Origin: Cystobasidiomycetes sp. EMM_F5
Taxonomy: Eukaryota
NCBI GenBank assembly: GCA_051047955.1
Contig: JBPGPT010000028.1
Coordinates: 183,057 to 203,056 of the forward strand
DNA length: 20,000 nt
Direction of reading: 5' to 3'
Shown in pieces: positions 9,507-20,000 of the stretch. The notes under the pieces were generated by a model. It had not been told where the DNA came from. It saw only the letters and a list, made by a program, of their open reading frames with translations, and searched no databases. The position numbers and the translations under genes were made by a program. The stretch's first letter is position 1. The number at the start of each line of letters is the position of its first letter.

Positions 9507-12244
9507 TCATTTGCCTTTCCCAAGCTTCCACCACTTGCTCTTTTCTTTCTCCTTCTCCTTGACATCCGCTTGTGGAGGTGCACCGGGCGAGTTGGACAAT
9601 TGCGAGCGCGCAAAGATGGGATTGCCACCGGGTACTTCAGTCTTGCTTCGTACTGGCGAAGTGCCCCGCGGCGCTTCCGTCACCATAGCAGGGCTTGGCG
9701 CTCCACTAGGATAATTGGAGACAGACATCGAATGCTGTCTTGAAGGTGGCCGCGATATACTTCGCTGCGAGCCGTTAGTAGACGGAATATCCTGGAATTG
9801 GATCTGCGCGGGCGGAGTGGGTCGATTGTTCCCCGATTTGAGCGGCGCATTGGGCAAGCCGTTTCCTGTTACTGGTGGCCGAGGCGCCAAGTCTGGCGGC
9901 TTACCGGCAGTATCGTGATGACTATTAGTACGCTGGCGCACAGGAGGAACCGGAGGAGGAGATCGGGTTTCGGCAATATACGTTCTTGATGGTTGATCGA
10001 AAGGGTTCCTATTTTCGTTCATTGGCGTGATGAGAGGGTCAGTCGGGCTCGAGAAGGGATTGAAGCCAACGGTCGTTATTGGGCTATAGGATTGCGCAGG
10101 CTGAGGTGTATGAGCAGGTGAAGCAGGCGGAGGAAGTTGAGTATGCAATAGCGGTTGTTGGCCGTAATGACCATTGATGCGACTATTTTGAGATTGTGCT
10201 GCCGCAGCGATGGCTGCTTCTGCTGCTTCTCGCTCCGATCGACGACCTTCTTTTATGGAATGCGGCAATAACGATTCCGTGTCTAGATCCACCGCTTGGT
10301 AGAAAAGAACATAGCCAGACCCGTAACCTGGGGTATCACCGTAATACTTTTGTATATCGCTTTCCTCCACAGTTGAGACTGTATCATCGTCAAATAGTAG
10401 CCACTTGTCGCCAGATCTGACAATAGCAACGTAGTGACCGTGATGGAGACCAGCCCCTATGTGAACGACAATTGCCCACAAGCGGTACATACGATCCGCA
10501 TCAGGCGCGTCGTCGATCGTGTTGAATAAACGAAGCTCGAAGGGGAACACCACGCGATACGCCAGTTTCATGAAGCGTTGCACATCCTCCTGATACTTGA
10601 AACGCTTGAGATGCAAAGCCAGCACATTTGGCAGCTTTTTTATCTTCATCCGCTTCTCAGCTTCTTGCAAAGAGCAACAACGCTCACAAGAGTACTTGTC
10701 TCTCTGCTGCAGCATTTCGCTCTTCGAGAACTGACGAAGGCAGGCTGTTACCGATGTATTTTGCTCGATATCAATGGACAGATCCAAGAATGCCTCGTCA
10801 CGCGACGTGACAGTCTCGCACGTGAGGCAGCGTGTCTCGTTGGTCAAAACCCCCATGAAGAGATCTTGCACCCACGATGGAGCGTTTGCGCCAGGTATGG
10901 AATATTGGTTACCTCTCGACTTGTTGACTTCTTTGATTCCTGAAGCTTTCCGTTTCTCGGCCTCTCTCTTTGCAGCATCCTCTGAGATTTCGTTGATGAG
11001 ATAGTTGAAGAATTCATGAGCGTCTTGATGCATCGTACTTCGGAAAAGTTCGTTGTCGTGCTTGAGTTGCTGTATGAAGAGCTGAGGGGCAACAACCCCG
11101 CTCTGTTTTGGTTGATGCGTGATGACTGAGAACAGATCATGCAGCGTAGTGAAGAGCGTTTGATCGACGGCAGGTTTCGTAGCTAGATTCAGCGATAAGG
11201 ACGTTGTCGGTCTAGACTGAGCATCTGGCATATGTGTTGACTGAGATAGGGTGTTTTGCGTCACGGGCACGCCAGCTGCAGCTCCAGCCAAACCTGCCGA
11301 TGATCCTTGGCGGCTAGAGGTGGCGAACGTATCTGTACTAGCATTTGCACCTGGGTTGTCCCCGACTCCATCGAGGGCTTGACTTTGTCCAGTGCCAGGC
11401 CTGCTGCTTGCATCTCCGTTAGGTCTAGACAACGCGGGTACAGTCGTCATCGAGAGGCCCTTTTTAAATGCTCCCGCAAATCCACTTCGTCCACCCGGTG
11501 TAGTAGCTCTGACGCTTGTCCCTCTTGATAACGGATTCTTCTTGGCCTTGACATCCGCTTGACTTTCCGTTCCCGATCCTTCTGTCGTTGGGGAATCAGT
11601 GGCGACGAGATTACTATTTCCCGGACCTAGCGAATCTTTGCGAAGAACAGGACTCCCAGGTGCAGTTCGTCGAGGTATCAAGCCTGGTCGACTCGTTTCC
11701 GGAGCGAGTATGATACCGGGTACCTTCATTCCGCTGGCCGTCCGCATCATTGCAGCCCTTGGCGATCCGGGCTCTTTTGTAGACAGCGCTTGAGACAGCT
11801 GTATGACTGTCGGTCTTGGACTCTGTTGAGCCCGGTATATCCCATCGTCACCGAGAGTGTAGCTCGCTGAAGACAGCTCGAGCAGTTCCCTGAATGGCTT
11901 GCAAAAGTATAGCGCCTGGAGGACAGAATTGGCATAGCTGTGAAAGGTGAGTGATAATACCAAGGCGTAGGCAGCTGCATGTCAGCTATGATTGCGAGCA
12001 TCGAGTCCGGCATCGGTTCGGGGGAGAGGTGGATGCATACCATGTATTGCCAAACTGCCAGCAAGACCGTGAGCCAGACGATACGCACACTGAGTATGAA
12101 TCTGAGACTCACATTCTCCAGTCCGAAATGCTTCTCGAGCGGCTTTCCATTGCTATCCAAGCCTTCGTTGGCTAAGGCGGCTGCTGCGGCCGACTTGTCC
12201 TGCGCCGACTGGCCTCCACCGCCAATTCTTCGGAGGGCGTTCAT
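9507..12244 (-). CDS. creB: Ubiquitin carboxyl-terminal hydrolase (USP/peptidase C19), USP12/46 - CreB/Ubp9/Ubp13-like, about 858 aa
   Basis: Exons 12244-12113, 12054-12041 (14-nt microexon) and 11937-9507 rebuild the Cys box [23 protein letters not shown]. Also present: MHQDAHEFFNYL, CLTCETVTSRDEAFLDLSIDIE, LALHLKRFKY, His box HIGAGLHHGHYVA and WLLFDDDTV. Confidence 0.92.
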
Positions 12245-12539
12245 GGTGTACGCTGTGTTGCGCTACTGCTGTGCTCGGTGTTGTCCTCCGAAGCCTGTTG
12301 GACTGGCCGATATTCTATCGCGGCGTCAATGTCAATGACGGCGACGACGAGGAGTTCCGTCGTAGCAATGATGCTGCAGCGCATGTATTCTAGGCAGTCT
12401 CATTCAAATCATTGTACGGCATACGGGGCAGCATATCTCGTTTCATGCATGGTTTGGTAATTGGCAGGAGTACAGCATCACTCTCCCGAGAGATTGCCGG
12501 CAATCTTTCTACAACTCCAGCTTCCAACCTTCTCCGTCC

Positions 12540-13736
12540 TCAAGGCTTGTAGGCTGCTGCAGACTTCTCGTACGTTTCTCCAACAGCGTCATACCTGCGT
12601 GAGAAAGATCAGAAGCCATCAGCTCTACCTTCAAACAACGAGCTTTCAAGGTCGTCGCCACCTAGAACAGACCATCTGGTAATAACCTCTGTCGCCATTC
12701 CTGCTCCGATCGTCTCGTGGTCGCTGCGCATACCCTTGGTGAAGAAGTCCATAAACTCCTGCAGGCTCAGCGCAGAATCGTTCTTTTCCTTCTTGTTGTC
12801 GTCGGGGTCGTCTCGGTCCCTGGATAAATGAAGCAGAGCTTGTCTTAGCTGTATGATGCCATGCCACAGCTATTTCGTCAGCATACCTGTGCAAGTCAGT
12901 CTCCACAGTAGGCGGCACTACCTCGACGACTCGGATATTGCTATCCTTCAGCTGGGTGCGGAGATTCATTGTCCAGAAGTGAGTGAAGCTGGTACATACA
13001 GCAATGAATCTATCAGTGTACATCACTGCCATACTGGCTCAAGATGAACCCAACCCACGCTTTCGTTCCGTTGTATACCGGGTTGATGATGGAGAATGGA
13101 CAGAATCCGAGAACGCTCGACACATTGATGATGACTGCGCTCTTTTTGGTCTGGAGGACATTGCAACATTGAACCAGCATCAGCTGAAAATCAAATAGAT
13201 TGGGGACTGCGGGGCCCAACCTTGAAATGGTCAAGCAATCGTGCCGCAAGATGGACGGGGCCCCGGATATTGATGTTTATTTCGTTGTCTGCCTTGTCGA
13301 GGTCAAAGTCGTTGACGTCCAGTGGACGTTGTACTCCTGCATTGTTGACCTTTCGAAACATTCCATCAGCGATTTGCCTTTGTCGATAGAAGGGATGCTC
13401 AGCCCCACCAGACAGTCGATATCCGGATGCTCCTGTATCAATCGCTTTGCAAATGCTTCGATGGAAGGGATATCGCCAGTATCGAGGACGTAGTATGCGC
13501 ACTCGCTTCCCAGCTCCTTTGCAGCATCTTTCAATTTTGACTCTGTCCTCCCTGCGATAATGACCTTCTTTCCCTGGGAGATGAAGAACTGCGCCATTGC
13601 TTTTCCGATGCCTGGAGGTGCCAATGACAGACTCGAGTCAGCATATCGTCGTGGATAACTTCGTGGACCCCCGTCTTCGCTCACCACCACCTCCGCCAGT
13701 GACGAGGGCGCACTTGAAGTCGAGGTTTCCAGGCAT
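12540..13736 (-). CDS. Short-chain dehydrogenase/reductase (classical SDR, DltE-like), about 259 aa, 7 exons
   Basis: Exons 13736-13685, 13611-13409, 13349-13221, 13150-13059, 12988-12887, 12819-12673 and 12594-12540 (780 nt in total). Motifs: TGGGGGIG (Rossmann), IAGR, VNNAG, NVSS, catalytic YNGTK and VEVVPPTVETDLH. Ends WYDAVGETYEKSAAAYKP*. Confidence 0.92.
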
Positions 13737-14199
13737 TGCGGGTTAGATGATGCGTAGTAGTTGGGTTGTTGCAGTGATATCAATCTCTGATAGTTCTAAT
13801 GCTCCCTTTCCAAGGTTTACCATCCAGCAATTATCGGGATTTTCATGCTCCTTCATCTGTTTATCAACGCGTCATAGCCCGAGACAATATCGACGACTGG
13901 TCACAAGCCGCGGGGAGCAGTCAATACTGCAAGACAAACGGCACACAATCGCTGACGGTGTGTATATTGCTTCATTACTGCTCACTCGCCTCGTCTAAAC
14001 AAGAGCATACAACGCACGCTGCTTGAATAGAAGACTAGGATCGGAGGTGAGCGGGGAAGGGTCATGATTAGGGTCTGTGAGATTCATTATTACTTGTATC
14101 GTATACTGCTGCCATTTATGTATTCCTACTCCTTCTCCACACTTGCTACTATCCTGTACGAGTTTACATTTCCCAATACTTTGTAAGGACGGAAGGCGC

Positions 14200-15023
14200 T
14201 CATACTGCGCGCATGGGAATGTTGGACGGGTTGGTGGTGGTGGTGGTGGTGGTAGGATGGGTAGCAGTAGTGTGATGGTTCTCTGCATCGTGACGACGAC
14301 GCATAAAGATGGATGCTAGTGTAGCCAACAGGGAGACGGTGAAGAGGATCCATGCAAAGGCGCGGAGTGCTTTGAGCTGATACGGAGAAGGATGGATGAC
14401 GCAATCAGCTATTGATGCTAGTCATGTCTTATCTTTTTTTTGTATTGGCACCCACCTCTTTGCACTTGCCCGATCCGAGCACGAGCGAGCAAGCACCGCT
14501 GTCGTTGTCATCACCGACCTTGGACTCAATGAGGGAAGCAGCAATCAGCCAGAAGATGGTCGTCAGGAGGAGGATGATGGTGTGGTGCATCCAGTGGAAG
14601 ATACGAGTGAGGAACGGAACGGGCAGCCATACGAGGGAGATGACGACTGTCCATACTGCGCAGAAGAGGGCGTACTTTACGCGGCGACGGAAGGAAGGGT
14701 TGAAAAAGTCGCTGTTGTTGTTGATCCATCTGCGGATGACACCCGTTCAACGGTCAGTGAAAACTTCTGAAGACAGACTCAGCGAAAAGTGCTGTCAACT
14801 GACCGGACCGTGTCTGCAGTCAGACCGAGTTCGACGGCGCCGAGGATGAAGAGGATGGCAAAGATGGCACTGGAATGGCGCTGTTTAGTGTGTGCTTGCT
14901 CAAACGACATGCCCGTACTCACTGGTGGTGGACTGGAGTCCTGACTCGGCCGTTGTTGTAGGTGGTCGTTGTTGTCGCTGGCTGGGTTGTCGTCACGGGT
15001 GCTCGTTTGCGGAAGAGGGGCAT
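14200..15023 (-). CDS. MARVEL-like 4-TM membrane protein, about 205 aa
   Basis: Exons 15023-14923, 14869-14804, 14729-14456 and 14376-14200. Four hydrophobic helices: AIFAILFILGAVELGLTA, YALFCAVWTVVISLVWL, IILLLTTIFWLIAASLI and LKALRAFAWILFTVSLLATLASIF. The Cys pair before the last helix and the AFAW motif resemble fungal MARVEL proteins. Not present in the ORF track because of introns. Confidence 0.85.
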
Positions 15024-16058
15024 GTTGAGTGTGTGAAGTGAGTTCGTCTACAAGTTGTATGACGGGTTTGAGTGGACGGAGCAGAGGAAAGAGCGGAAGA
15101 AAGGAGCAGAGAAATGTTTTTCAAATTCTTGAATGTTGAGTCGATCGCTCGTTTGGCAGTCACGACATGGCTTTGGTTGGACTGGTGACGTCGGGGTCGT
15201 TAACGGGTGAGAGGGTGGGTGGGTGTACTGTGGAGATGGAGCATTGGACAGACAGCGAGTGAGTGGGTGAGTGATGGTTGCAAATGAGAGTGGGCGGCGG
15301 TATCCTTTCAGTCTCCCGTTCTTCCTCTCTCAATCCATACCCGTCAGTCGCGGTCAGTCGTGGGTCAGTCGTGGCTTGCCATGTACTTTGTGTTTTTCAT
15401 CATCCAACAACAGTAGTCTGCAAGTACAGCGAGTAACTTGTAGAGCAGCAACACGAGTGAGAGTAGTCGATACCACGCTGCGTTGTCCACAGAGGAATGA
15501 ATAGCCTGCTGATATACACACTCATCAGCATGTTCCCCGCTTTACGCAAAGACACAAGACAGTGTATGGGAAGGAGTTGCACATCAGCATGTTAACTAGC
15601 GTGTTATTGAGCATATAGCCCAGGTGTATCAGCAAAGCAGCCTGTAGACAGGCTCCTCTGATGTCCCTATCTGTGGAGTTGTGTCATCGTGTTGGTTCAA
15701 ATTGGAGGGGATTGAAAGAGAGGAGATGGAGAGGAAGGCGATAATCCGCAGCCCACGTCGAAGATATCCTACTCACTTCCGCTGTTCTGATTGTCCAGTA
15801 TCGCAAATGTCCAACTGTACAGTTTATCGTCTGCATCAGCTGGAAGGACAGGGAGCTCGTCGTATAGGCTATGGAGCACTGCGAGTTCAGTGGTGATAGC
15901 GGCCTAGTCGCTGCACTTGCGCTTTGGTCTGAATCAGTAAAGTCTCCCCGGCTTCCCTTGACTTATTGCTCTGCCTTTTTCTCGATTGAAGAATCTGAAA
16001 CTCAGCTCAGTCTGAGGTTAGGACTTCAAACAGCAAACGCTCAATCGCATTCAAACGG

Positions 16059-16119
16059 GTATGTAGCGTGTATTGGACGTATATTCTAATCTGCTTGCTA
16101 ACCTCCCGCTGAATCCCAG
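16059..16119 (+). other. Predicted 5' UTR intron of RPS20
   Basis: GTATGT..GCTAAC..CCCAG, 61 nt, ending 49 nt before the ATG at 16168. Confidence 0.7.
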
Positions 16120-16167
16120 TCACCGCTGTCTCATCGCATTCGCCGTATTCAATAAACGACAATCGCC

Positions 16168-16664
16168 ATGAGTTACGTCGCCGGAAACAAGGAGGACAAG
16201 GAGGGAGTAGAGCTCGGTCACAGCGCAAAGCAGCACAAGATTCGCATTACCCTCACGAGCTCAAAACTCAAGCCACTCGAAAAGGTCTGCACCGATCTCG
16301 TAAACCGAGCAAAGGACAAGGATTTGAGGGTAAAGGGGCCAGTCCGTCTTCCGACAAAGGTCCTGTCTCACACTACCCGCAAGACGGTCAGTTTACATCT
16401 CCCGATACTATCCTTGTTCCCCGCTGATCCTTCTCCCTTGAAATTCAGCCATGCGGTGAAGGCTCAAAGACCTGGGATCGCTACGAGCTCAAGCTATACA
16501 AGCGTCTCATCGACCTGACCTCCCCAGCAGAGGTAGTAAAGCAGATTGTGGGACACATTCTTATCACGTAGTATCAATGGCATCATCTGACTAGGTCTTG
16601 TTCACAGACTTCCATGTCCATCGAATCTGGTGTAGACGTAGAGGTCACCCTCAGCGACGATTAA
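16168..16664 (+). CDS. RPS20: 40S ribosomal protein S20 (uS10), 124 aa
   Basis: Exons 16168-16386, 16449-16547 and 16608-16664 give [67 protein letters not shown]. Confidence 0.97.
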
Positions 16665-17145
16665 GCTAGGGCAGCAGGATGACAAAGACTAACTTACATT
16701 TCAGTCATGAGCAGGTCTAGTCTGATATCTTAGCAGAGAGCTCACTTTCCTTTCGATCGGTGTTGTCGAGCCGTGCTGTTTATGCAAGGTGATCACTCGT
16801 ACCCTTCTTCATTCCGCCTTCAACCCTCAAGTGGCAGCATGGTGTACTGCTGACGTTGCTGACGTTCAAGTAGACCGTATTCGAGGAGTTTCTGAACGTG
16901 CTCGCAATCATCATGCTGACGGCTGCATGTGCTGGGCGTCGATTATCATAGGCTTATCCCGAAATGTCCACAAATGAGTGAGCATCGAGTATCTCCAGCG
17001 TCATCATCGCGGGTTCAATATTCGCATGCATGCACTGACAATGCTAATAACGCCAACATGACCCCATGCCTTTGAGAAGGGAGAGACGAGACTGCGATAC
17101 TGCTCAACTAGCGACCGTACCGACTGGGATGAAAGCGATGCGCAA

Positions 17146-17436
17146 TCAGTTCTCCCACAGACTAACGATTGTTCTAGTCTTTCGAACTGGCTCGCCGACT
17201 CCTCGAACGGTAGTCATGGTCGTTGCAGAAGAGGCAGGGACATAGTCTGGTGGAGGCGATCCAGAGGAGGTCCATGCGTTGACGATGACCTGAGTTGTGA
17301 TTGTCTCCATTATACTCGACGGGTACTCGTCATATACTGATGTTTGCGTCACAAGGAGATCGAATCCTCTGCACCGTTCAAACAGCGTAGCGCTCATTAC
17401 AGCCAGAGCGCCAAGGAGGATATTGGGGAGATACAT
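17146..17436 (-). CDS. Candidate small secreted Thr-rich protein, 96 aa
   Basis: Begins MYLPNILLGALAVMSATLFERCRG (signal-peptide-like), followed by a Thr/Val-rich mature part. TATAAA lies on the minus strand at 17592-17587, about 150 nt upstream, which favours this ATG over the 17676 ATG. Confidence 0.55.
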   Translation of the reverse strand: MYLPNILLGALAVMSATLFERCRGFDLLVTQTSVYDEYPSSIMETITTQVIVNAWTSSGSPPPDYVPASSATTMTTVRGVGEPVRKTRTIVSLWEN

Positions 17437-17935
17437 GCTAGCAAGGGCTTCCAATACCGAGGAGTCACGAAGATTGTAGCTATCTGGTCTTGCGTTGAAA
17501 TGCCGTGAAGAAAAGAGGAATGTACCGCATCCAGCATCACGGGACGATAGACCAGGGCTGGCTGCGGCGCTCCATCTTCTGCTCCCTTTATATGACTGCC
17601 ATAGCCCTCGCGACAGAGCCGTCTTGCACCGCATCTCAGGCGCATGCCGTAAGGTCGCCGAAGGGAACCTTGTCATCTAGAGACGGTGCGCACGCGTTTC
17701 TTACACCCAGAACAAGATGCTTTACATGCATGTATAGCATCTTCACTGCGCGCTTTAGCCATCACTCAGCTGCGGCGGATCGGGAAAAAGATGATAAACT
17801 TGCTGGAGACGTATACATCTTGCGTCGCTTATGTTGTTAGTCGAAGAAGTCGAGGCTCAGTGGATATGAGACCGTAAGTATACAAATCCAACAATTGCTA
17901 GCCCGCTTCTTTCAGCCATGAATCATGACCAGCTA

Positions 17936-18211
17936 CTACTCGTCATCTTCGTCGTCGTCACCGTCGTACTCATATATGGAAGTACTGACGATGGCTTTGC
18001 CCGCACCTTCTTGTGCGAGGTAGATCATGGTGCTGGTCGCAGTAGGGTCGCCACCAGGTGATGCGCGTTGAGTCATCACCGTTGTATAAGTGCGGCTTGT
18101 GTGAGTGGAGTACTTTGTATAGTAGCGAGTGACGGTGGTAGGGGTAGGCCGTGCGGCGCACAGGTGTATGAAGCTGCAGGCAGTCATAAGGACGACCATC
18201 GAAGTACGCAT
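17936..18211 (-). CDS. Candidate small secreted Thr/Tyr-rich protein with acidic tail, 91 aa
   Basis: MRTSMVVLMTACSFIHLCAA is signal-peptide-like with an ACCATG context. The body is Thr-rich, the C-terminus is YDGDDDEDDE, and it ends in tandem TAG TAG stops. Confidence 0.6.
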   Translation of the reverse strand: MRTSMVVLMTACSFIHLCAARPTPTTVTRYYTKYSTHTSRTYTTVMTQRASPGGDPTATSTMIYLAQEGAGKAIVSTSIYEYDGDDDEDDE

Positions 18212-18789
18212 GGTAAGAGTGTGAGGGTGCCTTCGACGGCGGAATTGGGGACTGGGCGAGCGATTGTGGTAGATTGAGACGTAGAATATGTGGGAGGTAC
18301 TTCAAAAGGCTTGCAGTTGCTGCTCGCGTACAGAGAAATAAGAGCGTAAGGGGCAAGATCCCTTTGACGTGCACTGCATGCGCAAGGGGTCATCTGGGCA
18401 ACAAAGATTCGTCCTAGTGCTTTCAGTTTTGCAAAAGGGTTTTGCAGTTTAGCTGTACATCCCCACTGCAATCTGTTACTGCAGGTCAGTCTTACGCAGC
18501 GATGAAAGTCTGTTTGAGAATAGACATGGCATCTGCTCGTTGTTGTCGGCAATGTGATTAGCGCAGCGGATAGAGTAAGAACGATTTTAAGAGGGTGCCG
18601 CGGTCGACATTGGAGACTTCGCGGCTATTCGATGCAGAGCCGATGATTTTAAGCGTAAGTCAAAAGGCTTTCTGTCCAGAATCATCGCCTCACTAGCCTG
18701 TTTCCATGTGTGTTTTCATCAGCATTGCGGGAAGAGTCGGACATAACTGATGTTACACTCACCGTCCTGAGCAACTTTACGCTGGAGAA

Positions 18790-19369
18790 TCACTGGCCGA
18801 CGAATTCCCTCGCTGCAATCTCAGGCGAGCATGCTGAGAATGGTGTTGTTGCTTGTTTGAGGCCCAGCATCTTGTCAGAGTGCATAAGCGAGGGCACGTA
18901 TCATAGACAGTCTGAAATACTGCTCACTGCTGTCCGCCGCTGTAGGCATATCAGATTCGACTGACGCGGGCTCTCCGTGGAAGTCATACGATCTTTTGTG
19001 TACACCAGAAGCTGCGTGACACACGGTAGAGCATGTCAGCTCACGGCGAGTCGATCTGTTACTCCGAATCCTACCCAAATCGTTGACTAATTGCATGCAT
19101 TTTGTCCGGGACCTGCCGTCTGGTACGTAATCGTAGATGGCTTGAATCTCTTCCATTATCGTGCCAGCATAGTCTGGACGTCGTTGTACGTGGGCTGCCT
19201 CGTACAATGCGCACAAAGCAATGAAACGGAGCGTCTGGCTTCGAGCATCATCCGACGGGAATTTCATGTAGAACTCGGAGCATATTGCAAACACGTCAGG
19301 CGACGAGATATCAGCGTCGAGCATTCGCTTAGCGTCCTCTCGACTGGGAGTCTTGGCCGACGTAGACAT
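18790..19369 (-). CDS. Hypothetical protein of about 140-150 aa with helical N-terminal part; 3' exon uncertain
   Basis: AACATG start at 19369 (MSTSAKTPSREDAKRMLDADISSPDVFAICSEFY..). In-frame intron 19074-19012 (GTAGGA..GCTGAC..GCAG), exon 19011-18928, then a GTGAGC donor at 18927. The last acceptor and stop are ambiguous (stop near 18790-18820). Confidence 0.5.
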
Positions 19370-20000
19370 GTTGCAGCTGTGATGAGGAGCAGCAGCGTAC
19401 AGAGACAGACCACACATCCTTGTCGATCAGTCGCGTTCTGAGATACATATTGACATTTTCGCAATAGCAGTCGCGTATATTGGCAACGGAAACGAGACTT
19501 GGAGAATGGCATGACTGACAGCTAACGCATAGCTTCGTACACACTCGCTAAACTGATGATGCTGCTATCCGCTGAACTAGAAATCTGTCGTCTTCAAGTT
19601 TGCCAAGCAAGGTGCAAGAGTGGTTGTCCACAACGGCCTCTTGATATGCTGCGTGTCCATTGATTGATGCTTCCTCCTTGCCCATATCATCGCTGTTGGA
19701 GCGATTCATTGCGCCTTGATTTAGTTTACGGATTTCGGATGAGGGAAGTGTGGTCAGGAGCAAGAAGGAAAGAAGGCAAGGCCGGCTTGAGAAGCCCCAT
19801 TTGTATCGCTGGTCAGTCTGTTCGGCCAAGTCGAGATAGAGGAGATCCGACGGCACCGGCGGCTGCTCGTTATCGCAGATAGCAGCGGAACTATACATAA
19901 ATCAGGAGCGCATCAGCTGGAATCCTGGATCGGTCTTCATTCTTCGTCCTTGCCGCAGGCTCCGTCGGCACAGGTGCCTTGCTCTCTGCTGAGGCTGTTC

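Noticed and set aside
12540..13736. Recent horizontal transfer of a bacterial-like DltE SDR
   Set aside because: Six canonical spliceosomal introns and host-like composition indicate long residence in the genome.
14233..14253. (GGT)7 microsatellite
   Set aside because: It is the coding poly-Thr run in the MARVEL C-terminal tail, not a separate element.
16700..17100. A third small secreted ORF downstream of the tandem pair (MLALLALSVHACEY*)
   Set aside because: It is only 14 codons with no supportable splice continuation.
17437..17676. N-terminal extension of ORF 17146..17676
   Set aside because: It spans a TATAAA box and looks non-coding. The internal ATG at 17436 yields a signal peptide.
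19548..20000. Minus-strand ORF 19548..19898 and a possible gene end (..GTCADGACGKDEE*, stop near 19937)
   Set aside because: I could not choose a frame or exon chain without sequence beyond the window, and saw no recognisable motif.

Overview
Eukaryotic, intron-containing fungal DNA, most likely a basidiomycete. The evidence is short 53-112 nt GT-AG introns with CTRAY-type branch sites, about 52% GC and compact gene spacing. I spliced about 11 protein-coding genes by hand: a 4-TM membrane protein with a long Pro/Gly tail (truncated by the left edge), an Ala/Thr/Gln-rich 11-mer-repeat protein (LEA3-like), a PLP-dependent L-serine/threonine dehydratase, a disordered Ser/Pro-rich protein, a USP12/46 (CreB/Ubp9/13-like) deubiquitinase, a 7-exon short-chain dehydrogenase, a MARVEL-like protein, ribosomal protein uS10 (RPS20), two adjacent small Thr-rich secreted-protein candidates and a small hypothetical protein. 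I saw no mobile element, CRISPR array, tRNA or rRNA. Four observations stand out. (i) A roughly 1 kb spliced leader upstream of the Ser/Pro-rich gene has no AUG in its exons; all five ATGs fall inside two predicted introns. (ii) An uncharged 11-mer repeat matches the Thr-X2-Asx-X7 pattern of type I antifreeze proteins. (iii) Two orphan small secreted proteins lie in tandem. (iv) RPS20 looks somewhat divergent. All gene models are manual predictions without transcript or database support.
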